Translations under genes and position numbers: made by a program
Shown: piece by piece, positions 24,929 through 35,574 of the stretch
Numbering within the stretch: position 1 is the first letter of the stretch
Layout: every line of letters begins with the position of its first letter
The notes under the pieces: generated by a model
Databases searched by the model: none
What the model was told of the DNA's origin: nothing
The model's input: only the letters and a program-made list of their open reading frames with translations
Source: Hydrurus foetidus
Lineage: Eukaryota
Assembly (NCBI GenBank): GCA_900617105.1
Contig: UYFQ01000417.1
Span: 1 to 64,000 of the forward strand
Direction: 5' to 3'
DNA: 64,000 nt

Positions 24929-25389
24929 GTCAGTTTCTTGTTGACAGACGCCTCAAATTTGTACTGCACGCTACTAGAGGTATGATCCCGACATACGGAG
25001 AGAGCAAATTTAATGGTAGAAAACAGAGGGTATACACGATAGAGTGTAGTCGTTACATATTTAAAGGATACCGGACGGTAGTATGGGTTCTCTGGAGCGG
25101 CTAGGAGCAAAGGCCGCTGACCGTTGCCGGTCCCTAAAGGGATGGCTGCGGAGGGGGAGATGTCGGGCAACGGGACGGGGACGATGACGATGACAGCGTT
25201 GGACTGACAAGCATCGGGCATTAGTCCCCCCAACTATCATCGCGTCATATCAGTTTTTCAAATAATTATTTAGTAGTTTTTTCAAATCATCAGCTTAGCA
25301 TGCATGCTCGGAATGGACACGCTTTGTTGAGAGTGTTCTCTCACAATCTTTTGATCAGCCTTAGTCCATATAGTCTAACATATTTTGTT

Positions 25390-27012
25390 ATGTCCAACAC
25401 CGCCTCTTCCGTTCAAACTGGCGGCGTGGTGATCCCAGCCTACCAAGCGGCTACCGGTGCATTGGTCCGTGCCTTGGAGAACATAGCTTCGATCGTGGCG
25501 GGCCACACCGATGACAACGGTGAGCAGTATGCGATGCAGATGGCCCTATCGGTACCGGCGGCAGATGTTCCGGCCAATGCGATTGTGGTAATCCCGCTGG
25601 ACGCACCCAAGGCGGACGAGGTGTTTGATTTCACCTTCATCGCGTCCTGCAAGTCTATGTACTTTCAGGTTCACGAGAAACCGCAAACTCGGATGACATA
25701 TGGTCATTGTGCTAATTTCTCGGCGGGTACCGTGGATCGGCCGATCTCGATCGGAACGCTACTTAAGTTCCCGTCAATGGGTCACTACCTAGTAGCTCAA
25801 CCACGTTTGTTGCAGGCGGTGCGTGCGTCGCTAGAGCCTGTGGGAGAGTGTGCGACGAGGGGGGAGTCAGCAAAGCGTCCTTGTCTTCGCCCACTGGAGG
25901 GGGGGGGTGAGCAGGCGGAAGACACGACGGGCAAAACAAAAGGTATGTCTATCGTAGACTTAGACGGAGGAGAACACCCTACACGCAATAAGACGGATTT
26001 GCACCTACGTGAGAGGCAATTGTGGTTCACTTACCGCGTTATGGATGCGGCCAAACAGTGTTATAGTATCAGATCCGACGTTACATTGCAGCCGGAATAC
26101 TATCGAGGGATGCTGTTTGAGCAGGGGGACACGCAAACCATCGATAGGCACCCCGCCTTTATCTCCTGCGGGCTTATCAACCGTATCGAGAAACTACCGG
26201 TTCTCGGCGAGAACGGTAAATTCAAACTGCTACTTGTCGGTTCAGTCCTGACGGACAACAGTGAACCCACGCTGCGTCTGGAGGACTTCATTTCTGGGGA
26301 GAAAATTTCGAGCAGGTCGTCGCCATGCCCATCCAACAACGCGGGCTTGGTGACGGTGCTCAAGAACGTGCAAATGGTCTTGCAAACGTGTTTCTCGGAC
26401 GTGTTTGGGAAGGCTCTGGAATCCTTCATCGATAAGCTGGAAGGGGTATGCAGACCGATGGAGCTGGTGCCGGCGGATTTTTTAAAGCATTCCGTCGAGT
26501 TGAGCCTCAAGAAGTGGTTTCGAGAGGTGTCAACGGTGAGAGGCTCAGACCTGCAGGCTGGCCTCTCATTCAAGACTGTAGAATTGTGCTCGGCGTTCCT
26601 TACCGGATTGTTTGACAAGCTGGCCGTGGATCTCTCGAATCACCCTTTCATGGTGATGAGAGACGCGTATTTTCGTCTGCGTATACGGCCCGCGACAATT
26701 TCTTGGATGGATAAAACACCAGCAAAGAAGGAGGCAACGGGCGTGAAAGCGGAGGGGCCGGCGGCCACTACCGTTACTCCGTCCAAAGACAAGAAGGAGG
26801 CGAACTCGAGAATATGCGTTGGCCATCTAGGTCAGTTGCTTGGAGCCGTAAATAAAGACGGTCGAACCTACGCGTGTAAGTTCGGAAATGACTGTACGTA
26901 TCGGCATATCACCGTAGAGGACAAGTCGAAGCAGCGATTGCTTGACATTGTCGGCGCGCTGACGGCTGTTCCTCGAGCTGATCTGACGAAGGCGGTTATC
27001 AAGCGGTCCTGA
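25390..27012 (+). CDS. Gag-like ORF1 of the YR retrotransposon, C-terminal Cys/His finger
   Basis: Long open frame with an ATG just after A1 (alternative ATG at 25300). C-terminal C...CKFGNDCTYRH. Assigned mainly by position. Confidence 0.75.
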   Translation: MSNTASSVQTGGVVIPAYQAATGALVRALENIASIVAGHTDDNGEQYAMQMALSVPAADVPANAIVVIPLDAPKADEVFDFTFIASCKSMYFQVHEKPQTRMTYGHCANFSAGTVDRPISIGTLLKFPSMGHYLVAQPRLLQAVRASLEPVGECATRGESAKRPCLRPLEGGGEQAEDTTGKTKGMSIVDLDGGEHPTRNKTDLHLRERQLWFTYRVMDAAKQCYSIRSDVTLQPEYYRGMLFEQGDTQTIDRHPAFISCGLINRIEKLPVLGENGKFKLLLVGSVLTDNSEPTLRLEDFISGEKISSRSSPCPSNNAGLVTVLKNVQMVLQTCFSDVFGKALESFIDKLEGVCRPMELVPADFLKHSVELSLKKWFREVSTVRGSDLQAGLSFKTVELCSAFLTGLFDKLAVDLSNHPFMVMRDAYFRLRIRPATISWMDKTPAKKEATGVKAEGPAATTVTPSKDKKEANSRICVGHLGQLLGAVNKDGRTYACKFGNDCTYRHITVEDKSKQRLLDIVGALTAVPRADLTKAVIKRS

Positions 27013-27470
27013 CTTCCGGAAGCGGTGCTGTCTGCCGACACAGGTGTGTACTGATTTACGTCAGAATGTTAGTCGGGTCGATCATTTGATCGGCAGCCTG
27101 GTGCAACCTCATCTGTTTTGCGTGTTGACGATGAGTGTTTGTGGCAGTGCTGTGTCAGCGGCCTCTCGCGATTATCACGGGGCTGCTACCGAGAGTAGGC
27201 AGATCAACTGGTTGTTGACTGTCTTGATAACACTGACGCATGCGGTCGCGTGTTGACGATCAGCGAAAGCGGGGTTCCAGGGGTGTCTGGACCCCCCGCA
27301 TGCGGTTTGAGTGATGCATATCGTCGCATGATACCCATGTTCTGGGCTGTGCTTATCATGCGACCGTATCATCGGGCATTACGCTGACGCACCCGAGTGC
27401 AATGCGATGCCTTCAGTTTATCTCTGTATGTGCGGAGACTCACTCTTTGACCTTGTTGTATTATACAGTC

Positions 27471-29663
27471 ATGGAGAGCACGAGGCATGGCACGGCACTC
27501 CGTCCGACCCAGCGAGAGTCGAGACCGGAAGTGGCAGGGGAACTTGGGAAATATAAGGACCTCGGTTACAGCGAGTCTGCGCCAGTGATCAGGTCCTGGA
27601 TCGAAGCGTGCTTTCCGGGGGACTCATCTACGAGTAAAGCCGGGATAGAGGAGCTCATAGTGGAGGCAGCGGAAGCCGCGCGAAGTGACTTCGGTGTCGA
27701 CGCCGCCAATGAATGGGCAAACGGGTACACTTTTCCTCCAGAGTTCGTGGCAAGCGACGTCCGGTGCTTGCGGGCTGCACAGCTGGACTTCCGGAGCATG
27801 GTGCAGCGGCGTTTGAAGATATTATCAAAGGACCGTCTTAGCCGGACGAGTGTCGCGTCCCTCAGTCCGGACAACCCCGAGTTAGAACGCATGCTGGATT
27901 TAGCCGAGGGTATGAGGGTGGCCCTACCGGAGGGGTTCACCCCTAACGGCCTTCAGCCTCGCTCACCACTGCGTACGTCTTACGAGACCGTGTCGAGCGC
28001 CGTCAACAAGCTGCTCGGTGCAGTAATAGAGCAACGATTGGCATTTATACTCCCCCTGGAATTAGCTCAAGCCCACGTCCCCAACTTCCATTTGTGCAAA
28101 GCGCACTGGACCACCAAGAAGGGGAAGGCGTCAGGACGCCCCTTAGGGGATTTGAGCAACGTAGACGGCACCCCGCTTAACACGGACGCCACAGCCGACG
28201 CCGCAACTGCCTTCTATGGACCGATCACGCATCCAACCATAGAAGACATCGCCATTATGGTCCACCAGTACTGGAAGGAAGCCTCAGCGCGTGACTCGTC
28301 GCTTCGGTATGAGGATCTCCGCGTGTGGAAGATGGACCTCAAGGGAGCATATACCCTCCTGTCGTTCCGAGCCGAGTACGTCGGGTTGTTCGGGATGCTG
28401 CTCACGGACGATCTCGTTTATTTTCAGCTCGCCGGCATTTTTGGCTGGTCTGGCACACCAGCGGCATTCCAAGTGGTCACGCGAGCGATCGCATGGGAGC
28501 TCAGGGCCAGGCTCCGCAGTCGCACCGTCATGTACGTAGATGACATCATCGGCATCGGATTCATGAACGACATCGCGGCCGACCTTGCCCTCACCAGGAG
28601 CATATGCACGACTTTGCTCGGATCCAACGCCGTCGCAGATGACAAGACCGAAGTCAGCCGGCGCCTGGATGTGATAGGGTATATCATAGATTTAGATACC
28701 GGTAGAGTGCTGATAAGTAAGAAAAATTTCTTAGCAGCACTCAACGGTTTTCTTAATGTGGATACCTCGGCGCGAGTCAACCTCAGGACCGCGCAGCGCC
28801 TCGCCTCCTGGAGCACGCGTTACGGTAAAATATGCCGGGTCATGCGGCCGTTCTGCAGCGCCCTATACCGGTTAACGTGGGGCCGGACGGACCCTCACGC
28901 GCTTTTTAGCTTGTCGTCGGAGGCGATCGTGGCGATTCAGTGTTGGCGGGCGATGCTCTGCCTGGTGCGGCATAGAGAGTCTGAGTTCACCCGCTCAATT
29001 GCGTCATTCGCGCCAGAGACCCCAACGGTTGTGGTCGAGTTCGACTCGTCGCTGAGCGGAGCCGGTCTTATATGGTACAGCAGAGTCAGCGGCGCAGAGG
29101 TGGCAGTGGGTGTCGGCGCAGCTGATCTCCTATTTCTTGGTTTTGGTGAAGACTCATCGTTCCAGAATCTATCTGAGTTCCTTGGAGCAATCTTAGCTAT
29201 TCTCGGGCAAGTTGCCCTCGGATACCAGGGGAGGAGTGTGGCCCTCAGGGGTGACAGCGTCACAGCACTGACGTGGGCCATAACGGAAAGACCAAGGGGC
29301 GAGAGGGTGACGAAAGCCGCGATGGTGTTCTCGCTGCTCTGCATCGCGGCCGGCGTGGACGTGAAGGAGGTTACTCACATCCCAGGCACGGAAAACAACA
29401 AGTGCGACAGGCTTTCCAGGAGGGGCCGTGCACCGCCCATGTCAATTATCGAGGAGGCGGAAACGATGGGAGTGCGGGGCGTCTGCGTGGTTGAAATCGA
29501 TGGCGATGAAGATATCATCGCCATTCTCAAGTTGTGCGACCCGAGATGCGAACTGAAGTCTGAACAGGAGTTCATAGGGTTCTGGTCCGCCGCAAGGAAC
29601 ACCATTGATTCCTTCTTATGGCGCCACGTACAGTCAAGGGAGTCAGCGCGTCTGCATCAATAA
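27471..29663 (+). CDS. Reverse transcriptase / RNase H (DIRS/Ngaro type)
   Basis: RT: KMDLKGAY, IFGWSGTP, MYVDDIIG. RNase H: EFDSSLSGAG, QNLSEF, LRGDSVTAL, HIPGTENNKCDRLSR. Start may be 27402. Confidence 0.93.
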   Translation: MESTRHGTALRPTQRESRPEVAGELGKYKDLGYSESAPVIRSWIEACFPGDSSTSKAGIEELIVEAAEAARSDFGVDAANEWANGYTFPPEFVASDVRCLRAAQLDFRSMVQRRLKILSKDRLSRTSVASLSPDNPELERMLDLAEGMRVALPEGFTPNGLQPRSPLRTSYETVSSAVNKLLGAVIEQRLAFILPLELAQAHVPNFHLCKAHWTTKKGKASGRPLGDLSNVDGTPLNTDATADAATAFYGPITHPTIEDIAIMVHQYWKEASARDSSLRYEDLRVWKMDLKGAYTLLSFRAEYVGLFGMLLTDDLVYFQLAGIFGWSGTPAAFQVVTRAIAWELRARLRSRTVMYVDDIIGIGFMNDIAADLALTRSICTTLLGSNAVADDKTEVSRRLDVIGYIIDLDTGRVLISKKNFLAALNGFLNVDTSARVNLRTAQRLASWSTRYGKICRVMRPFCSALYRLTWGRTDPHALFSLSSEAIVAIQCWRAMLCLVRHRESEFTRSIASFAPETPTVVVEFDSSLSGAGLIWYSRVSGAEVAVGVGAADLLFLGFGEDSSFQNLSEFLGAILAILGQVALGYQGRSVALRGDSVTALTWAITERPRGERVTKAAMVFSLLCIAAGVDVKEVTHIPGTENNKCDRLSRRGRAPPMSIIEEAETMGVRGVCVVEIDGDEDIIAILKLCDPRCELKSEQEFIGFWSAARNTIDSFLWRHVQSRESARLHQ

Positions 29664-30080
29664 GAGCAACATCAACTCTGACCGGCTTGTCCTGACGTTG
29701 TCGGCAGCGGTGAGCGCCTCGGGCAAGGAGGGTAGTAGGCGTCGCCATGCAGTGACACCTGCTGTTGGCAGCGGTGGGCGCGGTGCACGAGGAGTATCAT
29801 CGGACCCGCTATGCATTGGCCCCTTCAACGCGGGCAGCGGTGAGCGACGTGCATCAGGGGTGTCATCGATCCCGCCCTGCAATGGCCCCCACCGCGACCC
29901 CGCGCACTGAGTGATGTCCTTCCTGTGTAGAAAAATGTTAAGGAGCGCCAACAGACCCTGCTCAGCCCATACTCGACTACCACACTCCTCCACTTGCTCA
30001 ATTGTCGATCTTCCTAGTGCAGCTAGTTCTTGTAACCAAGTCGTCGTCTCAATGTTGCCCTAACAGGAGTCGGAGGGATA

Positions 30081-31248
30081 GTGTCAGCGCAGAGCCGGCA
30101 GGAGCTGTCCCGGTTCATCGGGAGGTCGGTGTTACCGAACACCAGCCGAGTGTACGATAAGTATTGGGAGCACTGGATTTCCTTTTTGAAGAGCGAGGTG
30201 AATGAGGACGATCCCTTCGTGGGGAGCGCAGGGGAGGAAGAGAAGGCGTCCCTCGTTGGAATCATGATGCTGAGGAGGCACGAGCAGGGCTTGCGAGGCA
30301 AGCAGGCCACTGCGTTCACGGCATCTATCCGTATGCATTTTGTGCAGCAGGGAGTTTCGACCAATTTCCTGAACTCAGATCACAACAGCGAGGGCGGCAT
30401 GCCAGCCCAAGCCCGAGGAGCTCCGGGAGAGGAAGGACAGCGGTGCGGTGACCAGTGTCAAACTCCCGATCTGCGAGAGCATGTTGGTCGGCATGAAGGC
30501 CAGGATGTGGACCGGGCGCAGGTGGACAGGCGCGGACATGCGGGACCGGATGACCTATCTCGGCTGTATGTGGGCTTTTGAGATGGGGGCCCGAGTGTCG
30601 GAGTACACTGCCCCTGAGCCCAGAGGAGTCGATCACTGTATTCGCGTGGATGACTTAGTCTTCATCGATGAGTCTCCCACCGGGACCAGGACCCTTTGCG
30701 GTAGTCAGCTCACCGGTGTCGGGACCGCGGGTGGTGTAGTCGGTAGCCTCAACATTATCGAATGCCGGGCAACCGCGGTGTCCACTAAGGGGAAGAAGGT
30801 GGTCAAGCCGAAGATCGTCGGTCGCCGTTCGGTAGAGGAGAGCGGTTTCCTCGATGATCTCCTGGTTTTTATGGCGCACAGCGGGAGCACTGGGAAAGAC
30901 GAGCTGTTCAGTTTCCGATGCGGGGACAACACGCAGGTTAAGCTGCGGTCAAGGGACGTACGGGAAGCACTCAAGAGGGAGTGTGAAGAGAACGGACTGG
31001 ACTCCAATTACTTTAGCTCACACTCCTTGCGTAAGGGGGCGATTACTGAGATGCGTTCGCTAGGGGCGTCGGAGGACGACAGGAGGGATAGAGGCAATTA
31101 TGCGCCGAACTCTCAGGTGATGAACATCACTTACGATTACGGCGCGGGGATCGGCCCACTCGCTTCCAATAGTTTGGTCGGCGGGCACAAGCCCACTGTT
31201 GAAGACGTGAGGAGACTGCTACCACCGGCGAGGAGAGTGGAGGAATAA
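30081..31248 (+). pseudogene. Tyrosine recombinase with a frameshift near 30378
   Basis: The N-terminal SAM-like part (NTSRVYDKYWEHWISF) is in one frame. The catalytic part (GARVSEY, TKGK, HSLRKGA, RGNY, ITYDY) is in another. Confidence 0.88.
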
Positions 31249-32567
31249 GGAGCTGTCCCCTTGGGGAGACCAAACCGGGTCAGAGCCTTGGTAGGATATT
31301 GGGTGAAGGGAATTCTGACCCAAGGTCCGCCCCCAGTACCCGAGCTTGGTTCGAAAGTGAGAACAGCAGGGGAGGGCGGACGGGTGAGCCCAGGCGCGCA
31401 GGCGCAGCCATTATGTAAGATAACATCGCTTCTATTTCCATCGCGCTTTACTCGACTCGAGCATCTAGGGTGTAGCGGAGAGCGCAGAAGTAAACGGCGA
31501 GAGGTCGCACTTGGGACGACTCCCCCTAAAGGGACACACCTCTGAGAGCGGAATAGAATTAAAGGATACCGGACGGTAGTATGGGTTCTCTGGAGCGGCT
31601 AGGAGCAAAGGCCGCTGACCGTTGCCGGTCCCTAAAGGGATGGCTGCGGAGGGGGAGATGTCGGGCAACGGGACGGGGACGATGACGATGACAGCGTTGG
31701 ACTGACAAGCATCGGGCATTAGTCCCCCCAACTATCATCGCGTCATATCAGTTTTTCAAATAATTATTTAGTAGTTTTTTCAAATCATCAGCTTAGCATG
31801 CATGCTCGGAATGGACACGCTTTGTTGAGAGTGTTCTCTCACAATCTTTTGATCAGCCTTAGTCCATATAGTCTAACATATTTTGCTACCCCGTGGCCAA
31901 CCAATCCTACGTTGTTATAATGATAGTTCATATGTTTTGGTAATGTTATCTGACCACTTGCGTGCCAGTTAGTGAAGGGAATTCTGACCCAAGGTCCGCC
32001 CCCAGTACCCGAGGTTGGTTCAAAAGTGAGAACAGCAGGGGAGGGCGGACGGGTGAGCCCAGGCGCGCAGGCGCAGCCATTATGTAAGATAACATCGCTT
32101 CTATTTCCATCGCGCTTTACTCGACTCGAGCATCTAGGGTGTAGCGGAGAGCGCAGAAGTAAACGGCGAGAGGTCGCACTTGGGACGACTCCCCCTAAAG
32201 GGACACACCTCTGAGAGCGGAATAGAAACCTAGGTATACTTCTATCATAATATATTAGGGGTGGTGGCCGAGCTTGCCGACCCTCCTCGGCCAGGCCGAG
32301 CTTAGGCCAGACCTTATGACGGACGCAAATCAATTTTTACGTTTTCCTTTTTTTGCATCAAATCTTTTTTTTGTGGCGATAAATCGGTTGTGCCCTTATG
32401 ACGCGGACAGTTTTTTTATTTATTTTTCTGTAGGCGACACCAGCGACATCCCCTTATGACGCTTACAGAAATCATTTTTTGTTTCCTTTAGATCATAGAA
32501 CTACCAGATCTTTGCGACAACCTCATATTCTTTCATCCATCAAAGTAAGGAATCGATAAATTTGAAG

Positions 32568-33979
32568 ATGTCTTCCGACGATGAGAGCATTGACTTGATC
32601 AAACTTATCAGGGAATCGAATGAGTTTTATGAGAGGAGGAAAAAATTGCGCAAAGTTATTGAAGAAGAGGAGGAAGTGAGATTAAGACAACCATCTTTCT
32701 ATAGGCATCGTAGATGGGAAGGCCGTCCACCTTACGATATGTCTTGCTGGGGTCGTATGTTGGTCAATCCTAGAACGCAAGATCCTACAGATCGTAAGGG
32801 CGGTGTGTTATTTCGCAGGCGATTTCGGGTACCCTTCCCACTATTCCAAAGATTAACTGAGATGACAAGAGCTAATGAATGGTTCAGCGAGGGAAATGAT
32901 TGTGCTGGCGTTAAGGCTGCTCCTTTGGAGTTAAAAGGTTCTTGGTCGAGGTTCTTGGTCGAGGTTACTGTTTCGATGGTATTGAGGAGCTTTCCTACAT
33001 AAGTTCGGAGATTAATCGCGTCTTCTTTCATAAGTGGTGTGAGTTGTTTTCCAGAAAGTACTTTGCTATTTACTGCAATGCTCCTGAATCAAAAGAAGAG
33101 ATACAGAAGACTCTAGACGTTTACACCAAGTTAGGGTTACCTGGTTGTATAGGTAGCACTGACTGTGTGCATATAAAATGGGAGCGTTGTTCGGCTGGGG
33201 ATCGTGTACTTCACAAAGGGAAAGAAGGTTTTCCAACTATCTCCTATGAGGTAACTGTCGATCACACTTCAAAGATTATAGCCGTGACGCATGGATTCCC
33301 TGGGACAAGGAGTGATAGGACTATTGTACGGTTTGATGGGTTCGTCACGGACATTCATAATGGAACCAAATATAATGAAGTTACTTACCCAATGTGTGAT
33401 ATTAAAGGAGTAGCGTATGAAGAGAAGGGTGCATGGTTGTTATGCGATAATGGATATCATAAGTGGAGATGTATGCAATGTCCTCTGAAACATTCAGCAA
33501 TCCCTAGAGAAGCACTGTGGAGTGAGTGGGCTGAAACAGTCAGAAAAGATGTTGAGTGCGCTTTTGGTATACTCAAAGGTAGATTTCGTTGTTTAAAATT
33601 ACCTATATATTATCACAATAAAGATCACATTGATGATATGTTTTATTCTTGCTGTATAATGCATAACATGTTATTGCATTATGACGGATTAGATGTTAGA
33701 TGGGAACAGAATGTTAATTATCTCAGCAATGATGGGCATCATTCTCATGAAGATATGATTATCTTTAGGAAACATCTTAGTAGAGTACGTAATTTGACTC
33801 CTATAACCGACTTCACACTTATTGGAACTGCAGCTGTAATGGATCGTTTTAGAGTTGTACATGGTGATAATGATGTTGAATTTGGATCATCCTATCTTAA
33901 CTTACAAAAAAAATTAGTAGATCATTTTGCTTGGAAACATTCTATAAATGAAGCAAAGTGGCTTAAAAAGAAGTCATAG
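32568..33979 (+). pseudogene. Harbinger DDE transposase, frameshifted near 32937-32962
   Basis: FRRRFRVPFPLF, GLPGCIGSTDCVHIKW, WLLCDNGY, RKDVECAFGILKGRF, CCIMHNMLL. The frame break coincides with a tandem GGTTCTTGGTCGA repeat. Confidence 0.88.
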
Positions 33980-34179
33980 CGTAGACAACAAACAGAACTG
34001 TAATACTAAATTTTTTTTTCCAAATTTATTTCTTTATCATTAATTTTCATCATTGAGTTTTAATTTTTACCAGCGTTTTCCCTGTAAATATAACTTATTT
34101 AAATATAATAAATACATCAACGGACTTTTGAAAAAGAATGATATGTCAAAATGAAAAAAATTTAAGATATGGTAGGGGA

Positions 34180-34600
34180 TTAGCGGGTGCGGGGGAGCTT
34201 CTTTCTTGCATTGGTATCCCAGGAATATGCGTCCTCTTCTTCAGTCTTTTCCTCAAGAACTTTCTTCGCCGCTGTCTTTTGCTTCCTTGGTTTCTTTAAA
34301 ATCGGATTCACTTCTTTCTCTAATGGGATGGTGAGTTGGGACGACCGGGTTATATTCTTGGATAAAGTTTTCTTCGGCGTTTCGACGTCTGCTTCCTTGG
34401 ACTTACCGCTGATGAATATACGGGAAATTGGTACATGGGTTGGTGTGTTGTTCAAGATCGATGAGAGAAAACTATTTTCCTCAGCGGTAAATTGGGTATC
34501 TGGACATGAGAAGGATTGACTGCTTCTTTTGGAACCCCCTGAATTTCGGCTTGATATAGATGTGTCCAGGCCTTTGTTTTCAATGATGTCTTCTTGAGAG
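34180..34600 (-). pseudogene. Truncated second (convergent) ORF of Harbinger
   Basis: Open, K/E/S-rich frame facing the transposase at the expected ORF2 position. No Myb/SANT domain is visible. Confidence 0.45.
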
Positions 34601-34829
34601 CGTCACTCGACAATTTTTGTAGCACAAAAAGGACCCTTTTTGTGCGGCGTTCGTAGGAATGTGTCGCTTACACTTTTTACTCCGACGGTTTTTGGCGTCA
34701 TAAGGCCATGACGCCGGCGACATTTACAAAAAAGAGATCCAAAAATGTAAAATACGTGCGTCATAAGGTCTGGCCTTAGTTCATGATCAGCTCGGCCACG
34801 GCCGAGGCGCCACTCGGCCACATTTCTTG

Positions 34830-35437
34830 GCCGAAGCTGGCCGAGCCATTTCGGCCTGGCCGAGCCATTTCGGCCTGGCCGAGCTAGTTCGGTCTGGCCG
34901 AGCCATTTCGGTCTGGCCGAGCTAGTTCGGTCTGGCCGAGCCATTTCGGTCTGGCCGAGCCATTTCGGTCTGGCCGAGCTAGTTCGGTCTGGCCGAGCCA
35001 TTTCGGTCTGGCCGAGCCAGTTCGGCCTGGCCGAGCTAGTTCAGTCTGGCCGAGCTAGTTCAGTCTGGCCGAGCTAGTTCGGTCTGGCCGAGCCATTTCG
35101 GTCTGGCCGAGCCATTTCGGTCTGGCCGAGCTATTTCGGTCTGGCCGAGCCAGTTCGGTCTGGCCGAGCTATTCGGGTCTGGCCGAGCCATTTCGGTCTG
35201 GCCGAGCAGTTGGGTCTGGCCGAGCAGTTCAGTCTGGCCGAGCATTCGGTCTGGCCGAGCAGTTCGGTCTGGCCGAGCCATTTCGGTCTGGCCGAGCCAT
35301 TTCGGTCTGGCCGAGCCATTTCGGTCTGGCCGAGCCATTTCGGTCTGGCCGAGCTAGTTCGGCCTGGCCGAGCTAGTTCGGTCTGGCTAAGCCATTTGGG
35401 TCTGGCCGAGCCATTTGGGTGTGGCCGAGCCATTTCG
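34830..35437. repeat. hAT subterminal ~18-bp minisatellite, copy 1
   Basis: Tandem GGTCTGGCCGAGCCATTTC / GGTCTGGCCGAGCTAGTTC units. Confidence 0.95.
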
Positions 35438-35574
35438 TTCTGCATAGCCTGGGCATGACGGTACAATGTATGACGGAAAGATGTTTTTTGAGATCACACC
35501 AAGGTCTTCCCACTGAGACAAGAAGTGTATCTTCTTCATCGAAATAACAAAAAATGTTAGTATTAATATAAATT

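Larger units (their letters stand above)
25061..32227 (+). mobile_element. Ngaro/PAT-type tyrosine-recombinase retrotransposon with split direct repeats (A1-ORFs-B1-A2-B2)
   Basis: A1 25061-25387 = A2 31559-31885 (327 bp). B1 31303-31558 matches B2 31972-32227 (256 bp, 2 mismatches seen). Contains gag-like, RT/RNase H and YR ORFs. No TSD. Confidence 0.93.
32305..34775 (+). mobile_element. PIF/Harbinger DNA transposon
   Basis: 17-bp TIRs GGCCAGACCTTATGACG and a 3-bp TSD TTA (32302-32304, 34776-34778). The empty site GCCGAGCTTAGTTCATG is present in hAT copies 2 and 3. Subterminal CTTATGACG repeats. Confidence 0.95.

Noticed and set aside
24727..25233. 168-aa minus ORF and similar ORFs at 31261-32333
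   Set aside because: They are read-throughs of YR A/B repeats into flanking DNA.
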